From the human T2T-CHM13v2.0 reference genome, Homo sapiens: a stretch of 64,000 nt of DNA. The notes beneath the pieces were generated by a model. It saw only the letters and a program-made list of their open reading frames with translations, ran no database searches and had not been told where the DNA came from. Shown piece by piece: positions 11,850 to 22,400 of the stretch. Made by a program: the position numbers and the translations under genes. The stretch lies in the NCBI RefSeq assembly GCF_009914755.1, contig NC_060930.1, one strand, 5' to 3'. Position 1 is the stretch's first letter; every line of letters begins with the position of its first letter.

Positions 11850-13900
11850 ACATGCAGGGCAGGGCAATTACTGAGATGACATTTGATCAATGAGGTGAAG
11901 GAACAAGGCATGCAGATAACAGAGGGAAGAAAATGCCAGGCATCAGCCGGTGCAAAGGCCTTAAAGTGTAAATATTTGAGGACACAAAGTGGACAGTGTC
12001 TGACTAGAGTGGAGTGAAGTAAGAGTAGCAGAAGATACATTCAGAGACATACGAGAGAGGGGGAAGGAATGACAGCAGCCTTGCAAGTCACAGCCAGGAT
12101 TCTACTTTTACTCTGAGTAAAATGGCCAGCCATTGGAGGATTTTAAGGAGTGACACGATTAAATTTAATTTTAAAAGGATCATGCTGGCTGTGTTGAAAA
12201 TTAACTTTAGGGAACAAGGGCAGAGGAAAGGACAAAGAAAGATATGAAATAATGCCATTGAGAGATTATTGTGGCAAAAGAAAGAGTGATAATGGTGGAG
12301 AAGGGGGTAAGTGGTCAAATTTGAATATGGAGCCAACAAGGTAATCCTGATGAATTAGATGTAAAGTATGAGAGAAAAACCCTTTTGTCCTAAGCAATTG
12401 TAAGGACACTATTACCATCTACTGAGATGGGAAAAGGTGCTGGAAGAGAATTAACTGAAAAATTGGGATTTGTTTTGGATCTTTAAATTTGAGATGCTTA
12501 TTAGAATCTAAGTGATATAATCTGTTGCATCTGAGCCTGGAGCGCTAGGGTGAGGTCCAGGTGAAAATTATCAGCCTATTGATGGTATTTAAGGCCATAA
12601 GACTGATTAAATCATTAAAGGAGTGAGAAGAGGAAAGAAAAGACATCCAGCGTCTGAGCCTTATGACACTCTAAGAGGTTAGGGACATGAGGAGAAATAA
12701 ACAAGATGCAGAGAAAGAGCAGCCCGTTAGGAAAGTGAAAACCTAGAGGGGTATGGCCTCCTGAAAGTCAAGTGCAAACAAAAAGTGTTTCAAGAAAAAT
12801 GGAGTAACTGATTGTGTCAAATGCCAATAGGTCAAATTGGATGAGGAATGAGAACTGACCTCTGTATGTGCAAGATGTAGTTATGGGTGATGCTGAAAGA
12901 GCAGTTTCAGGGGAGTTGTGGGGTGAAAGCCTGACTGGGGAGGGTGGTCCAAGAGAGGGGAGAAGAGGCACTGGAGATAGAGTCCTCACAGCTGTTTAGA
13001 AAAGTTCTACTCTAAAAGGCAAAAGAAAAATTGGGGTGTAGCTGAAGGGAGAAGTAGGGCAAAGAAGAAAGAAATTATAGATGGAAGAAATAACCATGTT
13101 TACATATGTGGGAAAGATCTAGTAGAGAGGGACATTTTGATGGTGTAACATGAAGAGGGGAGAACTGGTGGAGTAGTTCTCATGGGTAAGTACAAGGGAA
13201 TGGGATCTAGTGACAACATGGTGGCCTCAGGTAGAAGCATGGGTGGTTCACCCAGAGTAATGAGGAGAAGACAGAGAATGCAGGCACAAAGGCTTGGGGC
13301 CAAATGGTTCTGCTGGTGAAATCTTTGGAAGTTCTCTTCTGATGCTTCTATTTTTAATGAAATAAGAGGAAAGGAGATCAGCGGAGAGAGACAATAGAGA
13401 AGATATGTGGAGTTTTGAGAAGAGAGGCTGATGACGGACTCAGGAAATATACCATGGCTTCTGGGCAGCACTAAGGATCCCTTGAAGTTAGTGATCACCA
13501 ATGTAAAGTGATAATAGTCAGCACGGTTGTGTGTTTTTCTCTAGAAAGGTTGGTCTGCAAGGGAGCAGGCCTCACATAAACTAGGAGTTGTGTTTAGTTA
13601 TGGATGGAACTGAGGTTATAAGGAAGAAACTAATTTGAATGACACTCTTAAGCTGGTAGGAGTAAAGTAAAGATAAAAGAGTAAGTGACAGTGAAAAGAT
13701 AAAGAATCAATGGATCACAGGCCTCTAGAAATTTCTGAAATTGGAATAATAAAGGGAGCCATATGGAAAGACAAGTGGCAGTTAAGGATGCAGTACTTGA
13801 AATTGAGATTATAAAGGATATTCAGGTATTGGACATGAGAAAGCTTGAAGACTTTATGGCTTTAAGAGTGGTTGCAGCAAGGTGAAGGACAAGATCAGCT
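11850..13900 (-). mobile_element. Long (~2 kb) L2 LINE relic including degenerate reverse-transcriptase region
   Basis: Antisense L2 body; minus ORF 12768-12989 retains HNSPETAL...GQFS.LI..DL.AFDT...LETL, matching the L2 RT motif (HSTETAL...DLSAAFDTVDH.LLLETL). Confidence 0.85.
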
Positions 13901-13907
13901 CAAATAT

Positions 13908-14204
13908 TTATCTGGGTATGTTCTAGAGTTTAAGTACCTTGGAGTCTGAGAATGTGTCGGAGTCTGAGAATGTGTCAGAGTCATCTTTGTGCTCGTTAGC
14001 ACCTACTAGTTCCCTGACTATACAACTATGTATACAACTATACACCTGACTATACAAGGTGACAGAGCTGGGATTAGAGGCCTTCCCTGATTTCCCTTCT
14101 ACTAGTTCCCTGACTATACAACTATGTATACAACTACACAACTATACACCTGACTATACACGGTGACAGAGCTGGGATTAGAGGCCTTCCCTGACTTCCC
14201 TTCT
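13908..14204 (+). repeat. Complex local duplication with ~100-bp tandem repeat
   Basis: 13908-14021 copies 14284-14380; 18-bp tandem GGAGTCTGAGAATGTGTC x2; units 14003-14098 and 14099-14204 are near-identical. Confidence 0.92.
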
Positions 14205-14395
14205 CCCCCTCTCTTGCTTTCTAAGTTTCATAATACTTTATCTACAATTCTTTATGACTCAATATTCTACTTTGCATTTGTTGTTATCTAGGTATGTTCC
14301 AGAGTTTAAGTACCTTGGAGTCTGAGAATGTGTCAGAGTCATCTTCATGCTCCTTAGCACCTACTAGTTCCCTGACTATAAACTATAAATAAAAA
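14180..14395 (+). mobile_element. L2 3'-end fragment
   Basis: GAGGCCTTCCCTGAC...AGAGTTTAAGTACCTTGGAG...CTTAGCACCTAC...AATAAA follows the L2 3' layout. Confidence 0.5.
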
Positions 14396-14449
14396 GAACA
14401 TAATATATGTTTATTAAGTCAATAAACATATAACTAATTATACAACTAA

Positions 14450-14670
14450 ATACCAGTAGTAGCTAACATTGTCCCTTTGTGCCAAGCATTCTCTTTAGTG
14501 CTTCACACAGTGTTACTAAACTTTACATTAACACCTTCTTGTATATATTTTATGCTTACAATACATACAGAAACTGTGAAAAAGGGAATGATTTAAGTGA
14601 CTCACATGGAGGATTTTGTCAGCACATGTGCATCAGGGAGTACATGATGACCAGGTGGCTCCCAACTAAA
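14450..14670 (-). mobile_element. MIR fragment
   Basis: AGCTAACATT..TGTGCCAAGCATT..GTGCTTCACA..AGAAACTGTG..TTAAGTGACT. Confidence 0.5.
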
Positions 14671-14698
14671 ACAAGGTTAGGGTTTTTATAGCATAGGG

Positions 14699-15028
14699 TA
14701 GGGATCAGGAAACTTTCTGTAAAAGGCCAGATAGCAAATGTTTTAGGTTATTTGACCATTTGGACTCTGCAGCAACTCTTCAACTCTGCCATTATAGCAT
14801 GAAAGCAGCCATCCACAGCACATGAATAGGTATGGCTGTGTTCTGACAAAACGTTATTTACAGGTACTGAAATTTAAATGTTATATAATATTCACACATC
14901 ACAATATATTATTCTTTTTAATTTTTTCCCCATCCATTTAAAAGTATAAAAACCATTCTCAATTCTGAGATGTACAAAACCTGGTGCAGGTCTTTGGCCC
15001 ACAGGCTATATAGTTTGCTGACTTCTGT
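14699..15028 (+). mobile_element. MER58B-like hAT-Charlie DNA transposon
   Basis: AAACTTTCTGTAAAAGGCCAGATAG...AACTCTGCCATTATAGCATGAAAGCAGCCAT...TTTGGCCCACAGGC..TAGTTTGCTGAC. Confidence 0.8.
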
Positions 15029-16512
15029 GATAGGAAAAAGTCCTCGTAGTTTGGGCTTAGGCATCAGTTTTCAACTTTAATGGAAATTTAGGTTGGGCCC
15101 CTTTCCCATTTCCATGCCCCTTGCCTGAGGTTATTAGCACAATCTCAAACACCACCCGAAAATTATTTTCTGACAGCTGTTTATAGGCTGGTCAAAATTT
15201 ATGGGGCTGGAGAGGTGGCTAGCTGCCCTCCCACCCCACCCCAAATAAAAGGCACATAGAAGGCAAGGGGGGAAATTGGAAACCCTTTACTATGCTTATG
15301 TTAGTTCTTTAATAACACCAAAGTTTAAATAAATTAAGTGACTCTCAAGGTGAGAGAGCTGGGATTAGAATCATTGACCTATGGGGTTCTCAGTTCATTG
15401 GACATCCTAGAGTACTACGCTGTAAAAGACATGCTAATAATTAATACCTTGCTCTGAATGTGCTTATAATACTTCATATGCCATGCACATAAAATGTTAT
15501 TTATATATTTATTGGTTAAATGAATTAACATTTAAATATTGGCATCGTAAGTGAATAAGTATTCAGTATCTTTGTAATCAATGGGTAACTCATGCTTTTA
15601 CACATAATAAGAGTACTCTTCTGATCAGCTATTAAAAAGCAAAAAGCATTTTTTTGTATGAGTACAAATTCCATTTACATAAATTAGCCCATGACCTGCT
15701 ACAGCTAAATCTCCAAAAGCTATGAGAGTGTGGGAAAAAAAAAAAACAAAAAAACAAAAAAACTCTCAAATTTTGGTGAAAGTTTCCAGATGAAATATAT
15801 TAAATGACTCAGCACTCCATTTTCAATTTTCTACTCTTTAACTCATATTTTATAAAATATAGGACAGTTTCTACAGCAACAATTGGGGTCTAATTGGCAC
15901 AAAAGGCCTATTTTTCAAGCATATGCATTTGTTCCTTTTTTCCTACTTGATCCACATAACCTACCTTGCATAAAATATTTGCTCTTTCCTATATCCTTGT
16001 ATTTATGTAAGGAAATAATGGAACGATGGTCAGCATGGGATTAGTTTAGATCTTGTTGGAAGATATTATGATCATCTGGCTGCATTAGGAAGCTACAACA
16101 GGAAGGGAGTGGTGCATTTGGCAAAGAATGAACATCAATATGACTTTTCAGCTTTACCCTTTCCCCAGTCTGACTTTCTCTCACCTCAATGGAAATTCTA
16201 TAGTCAGAGTATTTTGGGGTTTTTGTTTGTTTTGTTTATAAGACCACATACCACAAGATTCATGGTTTTTCAGCTTAACGTTTCAAATATTTGCAGAATC
16301 ACTTCCTCCTCTATAAGGATGATACATTATTAAAGCTGTTTTTTTTTTTAATTCTTGATTTAATTCTTGTTTAAATTCTGTAACCCAAGAGTGGCTCTTC
16401 TGAGTTAGAGTATCAATATGGTATTGTCTGCCCATGGTGGATAAGTAATAAGCAGAACTAGGAAAAGGAAAAAATAAATTATATTTCTTTTGCTTCTTTA
16501 CAAGAGGAAATA

Positions 16513-16592
16513 TTAGGTTGGTGCAAAAGTAATTGCGGTTTTTGACATTACTTTTAATGGCAAAAACCGCAATTACTTTTGCACCAACCTAA
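16513..16592. mobile_element. MADE1 (Hsmar1-derived MITE), miR-548-type hairpin
   Basis: 80-bp near-perfect palindrome TTAGGTTGGTGCAAAAGTAATTGCGGTTTTTG...CAAAAACCGCAATTACTTTTGCACCAACCTAA with TA target-site duplication. Confidence 0.97.
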
Positions 16593-18942
16593 TACACTGC
16601 TGCTTACAACAGAAGTTATACAGACAGTAACAGTAATTATAACAGTCATAAATTTTTTTGTATAAATGCAAATATTAACTTTTTCCCCATTCCTTTTTCC
16701 CATTCCATTTGTATCTCTGGAGTTAATGGATACATTCATGGGTTATAATGCTTCTTGCACAAAACATTTATTTCATAGGCAAAGGGAAGGGGAAATAGTT
16801 CCCGATAAGGGAATGTATTCTAAACTGCTCCGTACTTGAGTACACATGTGGAAATTTCACTAACTTCGGGAAAAGCCATATGCAGATATTATTCAAGGTC
16901 GTTTTAAAAGAGTTAGCTCCAGAGAGTTATTCTTATATCCCTTCTTGAGCAAAAATGCTCTCATTGCAGGTTGCCTTGTCGAGGTTATAGTTGTAATTAC
17001 AAAGGAACAAAAAGATGACTATTTTTTTTACTCTGTCATTTTAAAATGTATGTTAAAATTTTCCAAACATGAAATGGTCACCCTAATTATCACTGATGAC
17101 AAAGCTCTGTGGTTCTCATTACTTACCTTTGATGAAGGCCACCTGCGATGGGCTTTGAGGGGGCAGGTTAGTGGGAGAAACAATAGGTGATTAAACACTG
17201 CCACTCATGACTGACAGCTGCTTCCTGACATTCGGGTTAAGTCATGAGGGAGGAAACCCAAAAGGGGCAAAGGAGCAGGTTTACATGTGCTCTTCAATTA
17301 TTCTTATGCGATTTATATAGCTCCATAAATGAACACCATGCTGTAATAAAAAATAAATGTCAAAATCAATAGAAATCCTTGCTGTTCAATTCTTCTACTT
17401 CTTGAATTTGAATGTAGGCAATTTAAAGCATTATTCTTTTTCTTGTCATTATTATTAATTTTTCTGCCTTAAGGTTACATTTTCTGCATAATTTTGCTTG
17501 CAAATTTAACAATTCTTAGAAGGTTAGAGTCAAAAAGAACAGAAAAATTTCTCCCAAATAAATAGTGAAGTCCAACAAAATAAAATGAAAGTGGAGGAGA
17601 ATTTAGAAATTAAGAGAAATGTGAGGTCTTTTCATATTTATTTCTAAAATACTGATACTTCAGTATTCTTTAAAAGTCCAGTAAAGTGAGGGACCATGAA
17701 CTCATAATAAATCTCCAGGGTTTTAATTTTTGGTCAGCTGCATTCTGATTACTGCATACTAATTTCCAGAAAGCCAAAGGCTGAGGGCAGGTTGGGTGAG
17801 AGGAAGCACACTGCTGAAGTAGAAATTAAACAGACAGGGAGTGATAAGAACCTCTGAGTGAATTTATATTAAAAAAGACGAAGGCTAGGGGAACATACCT
17901 TTTTCTCTGCATATAATTTCATGCACACATGTAGATCTCAAAGGATTCCTTTCGAAAACCAGATGGAAATGTGTTCTCCACAGCAAACGACAGAATGCAG
18001 CTAACAATCAGTTTATCAGTAAGTCACCACTCAGGAAAAGCTCCCAAGCTTGGTAAAGAATCAAGCACTTCAAGAAGAAAACTCCTTTTATTCACTCTTT
18101 TTCTACTTTACTGCATCAATTCCACTTAGATAAATAGGCAGTAAACTATAGGATTGCTAATCAACCTTTAATGGCAACAAGTAGTCAATTTCTTTAGTTG
18201 GCAATTAGACAAAGAAATCTGGAGCTACTTAAGTATGTTAAAACTTCAGGAATATTCCAAGTTCGTATTTTTTAAAAAAAATCAGCATCTATGCCAATAT
18301 TTAGATGTGTGTGCTTGTGTGTTTATCAGCATTGAATTGAAAGCAGGAATGTATTTCTGTCTGTACAAGCAAAAGCAAGTATATGCAATGTTACTAAAAT
18401 GTAAAAGTGCTGCTTCAGGAAATGCCCTATAAATCGTGTTTGTTCTTAATATAGTACAAGAGAAATAAGGAGCAGTAAATTGCACCATGGGGTTCTGCCA
18501 CAGAAGCAAAATTTCAACTTTATAACCTGTTCTTTCTATTTAGAGAAAAATAGGTGGAATCTGTGCTTTATGTGTTATACACAGTTCTAAATCTAGACCA
18601 TGCGGTGATGGCATCTAACAAAGCTGTCCCAGATTTTTGTTGCAATTGCAGTGAGATCTAAATGATAAAAATGCCAAATGGGGGTATTCTCTATTCTGGA
18701 CAGTCCCCACATTTCTATTAGCTCCTGAAGGCTGTCCCCATTTTATTGCTTCCTGAAAACCTCCTCATTATGGTCAGGACATGGCCCCGGTATGGCTGGA
18801 TTTACCTTGAAAGGAAGGAGCAGAAGTAGGAGTACCAGATATAGGACATGTCTCTTGCAGCAGGGCAGTGGTCTGGTGGGAGAGGAAGGGCTACCTTCCA
18901 GAAGTTGGGAGATTTTGGACAAGCTGGCTCCAAACAGTGTGC

Positions 18943-19400
18943 TCATTCATTCAACAAATATTTACTGAGATATTACTATGTAGAAGCACTAAGACAAGTG
19001 GTAGAAACATCATGGTGAATCCTGCTCCCTGACCTCCAATATTATGGAGTAGCTAGGAAGGTTCCCATACAGATCAGAAATGGGCAGGTAATTCTAATTC
19101 AGAATGATAAATGGGACCAAAGCTAAATTACATGGTACTGGAACTAGGAAAGGATACAGGAAGGGAGGCCAAGCCAGCCTGGGAGGGCTTCCCAAAGAAG
19201 TGATATCTAAGTGATACCTGAAAAAAGTGAGAGTTTTCCAGGATAAAGATGTGTGAGAGAGTGGGGGATGAGGTGTGGGGGAAGATGTTGGAAAAAAGGT
19301 ATTCCAGGCAGAGGGAAAGAAAACACAAAGAATGTGGAAAAGGTAAAATTGTTCAGGGTGATTTCACTTGCTCCTGAGCACAATGGGATACTCTCCCCCA
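18943..19400 (-). mobile_element. L2 3' fragment
   Basis: TCATTCATTCAACAAATATTTACTGAG..TACTATGT..GGGAGGGCTTCCCAAAGAAGTGATATCTAAG..ATTCCAGGCAGAGGGA. Confidence 0.75.
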
Positions 19401-22400
19401 GGATACAGGGGGTGATACAGGGCAGGAGATGGCAGCCATGAAAGTTAAGAAAGATTTAACAGGGGCCTAGTGAGCTGAGCCTGAAAGGAGACTGTGGGTC
19501 AGCATCACATAGCCTTTCAACAGGTAAGATGAGGGCTCTGGCCCCAGGCTAAGATTCAGGAGGTACGCCCTCTTCCAACAGGCAGAGGGACACATTGCTG
19601 GGAAAGAGAATCTGGGCCAGCAGGAGTTATTCCAAATCCAGTTCGTCAAAGACTCATTCCAGTGGCATAACGATGGTTACTGAATGTTAAACTATTAAGT
19701 TACTTCTGACTACATTTTGCTGCCTTACACATCATAAATGGTGTATTTAAAGTTGATTTCAGTACAATTATTTTCCCCATTCAAAAGTAAGATATTTCTA
19801 AAGGCAGTAAATAAGAGACTTCATCTCTTCTCCTTTGGATGAGCCTTCAGAGATCTGATTTCAATTTGTATGCCTTTGAAGGTAATCTGACCTGCTTATT
19901 CACGATTCAGCATTAAAACCAAAGTAGGGCGCCTTCAGCTGTAGACAGAGCTGAAGTAATAAATAAGTAATAAATTCATAAAACCTCAAATCATCATCGA
20001 ACTAACATTGCAATCTGTAAATGTAAGCTTCACGTCAATGGGTTTGTGGTACCTTTTGAGGGCACACACTTCTGCTTCTTTAACATAAGATAGTAGCCTT
20101 GTAAGTAAGGCTTATAAGAAAGATAAGCCTTATAAGTTTGGCCAAGTTCTTATTAGAAGCAGATTTTGAGCATGAAAGTAAGAGTTTCGATACCATTTAA
20201 TTTTGGAATTCAGAATAAGAAGATATATTCTAGGATATGGTAGACCATTTCCCCAAATAACATACCATATCTCCATCTCTGATCCCTTCCAATGTATCTC
20301 AGTGTTTCACTTACTTCATGTTACCGCATCCTTAGTCCGTAGTATAACTTACATAATAACATGTAACAAGAATCTTCAATTAAAATAACTGATTTTAAAT
20401 GAGCTGTACTTTACAAAGTATGCCAGTGTAGTTGTATAGTGTCAGATCTAATTCTTGGAATGATGGTTCTGTATAACACACTTTTGTCCTGATAGTTTTA
20501 AAGGTTGTCCTAAATGTAGTGAAAAGTTTCTTTAAAAGGTTACAAATGCTTTTTGGTAAGCTTTTACATAGCTTGACAACAATAAAATTCTTTTCTCCCT
20601 GGAGATGTAGACTTCGGATTCCTTGTTTTCCAAGCCTATTTTCCAATCCCCTGTGGCCACATGGAAAACAGCTCACCACTACACTGATGTTAGGGATAGT
20701 GAGGAAGTGGGAAATCAAACTTGGAGAGAGAGGTAAGCTTTTAAACTCTGCTGTCAAGAAGAAAAAGAGGAAGTAGGACATATTGCTGCTACCCTCTTTT
20801 TTCCACCTTCCTTAGTCCAGGCATGGTGTGAAATCCCCAAGGGAACACCGCAATATGTTTTAGCTTTTCTCAGTCTGGCAAGGGCCCCAGGAACACACTG
20901 CATTGTTTATTTCAGATAAACCCTTTGCTGTATTCAATCCCCAGAAAACACGCATGACAATTAACATCCTTGCAGAAGACATTGGGAGACGGCAGGAAAT
21001 TTCAAGTAGGAAGTGCACTCGAGGGGAAAAATAAGCACCTTTTACAAAAAAAGCAAGGTGCTGATGAGTCTTGGCATTTGGATGAATCAAAAACAACTGG
21101 GATTTTTGAACACTTTAAAGCAGCGAGTTGAGGTAGGCGTTTCAATTTGCTATGGAAAAGAAAGTATATACTGAAATAATCTTTAAATAAAACTCAGAAA
21201 CTGTATGTGTATGTATGAGTTTATGGGTATGTATAATAAATGTATATAATATTTGGAAACCTGTAAGTATCTTATGTGGAGAGACTAAGCGAAGAAACAT
21301 TCTTTCTAAAATGAATCACATATTAACATAAAAAATCCCATTTTTCTTGTTTACTTTGAAGGCTACCTCTCAAAAATGTAACATGCAGCCGCTGGCATCT
21401 TTGCATCTTTGAACTCACTATTCCTTTTTCAAGCAGTCTGAGTTGAATCCTGCATTCTTGCCATATGCCAAGGGTTAGACCATTAATATGTAAAAGAAGC
21501 TGGTATCCAGAGAATTGACTTTATAATTGGAGAACGCCAAAATAAACCTAACACTTCTCAAACAATGCTACCCCACAGCATCCCCGTTCTCTTAGGCTAT
21601 TAGGCCATGTCCAATTTTCTCGGTCTGTCGGAGGATACAGCTGCCTCCATGTGCCAGCGAAGCTTTAATTACGGTGACTTTTCCTCCCCCTGGAAAGCCT
21701 CTTCCTGTGGTTTGAAAGTTTGAATTATTCAAGCCCATGTTAATACACTGTATTGAATGCTCTGTTTGGCCCACTGAGGTGCACTTGGAACTGTTCTTTT
21801 TCCACAAATTTGATTTCTCTGTCTCCCTTTTTCCTCCTCCTATCCTTTCTCCCTCCCCTTTCTTCCATTATTAAAGGCAGGAACCAAGGACCACTTTGGT
21901 AAGCTTTTACATAGCTAGACAACAATAAATCATGGATTTTAGTGTAGCTAATTTCTTACAGAAAGTATGTGAAGTCACATGCAAAATAATCTCTCAACTA
22001 AAGTTTCTCACGTAGAAAAAAGCTTTTTTCCCTAAACAGTTTTTTTACTAGAAGTGACATAATTTATATACTTTGGTAGTCAGAGTTCCAGGACTTCTAA
22101 ACATTTTTCTTTCAAATCCAAGCTATAAATTTGGTTTGACTCCTAATATAGAATCAATAAGAGAATTCTTGATATTTTTTGTTGAAGCTACAGGGAGAGA
22201 AAGACAGTAGAGAGGGCAGGAAAAAATAAAAGAATACCATTTTTTAATTTTAAAATTATTTTTAAATTTTTAGTTGAATGAATGCTGTTTAAATACCAAA
22301 GTCTAGATTTCAGTCTTTGATTAGGTTTTTCATCATTTGCTTAAAATACCAACCTTGGTTTTCCTTTATTCTAATTTTTTAGGTTTTGAGCTGTCATTAT

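Noticed and set aside
14003-14204. Repeat-spacer-like pattern
   Set aside because: Only two units with near-identical internal sequence, in eukaryotic context with no cas genes; a tandem duplication.
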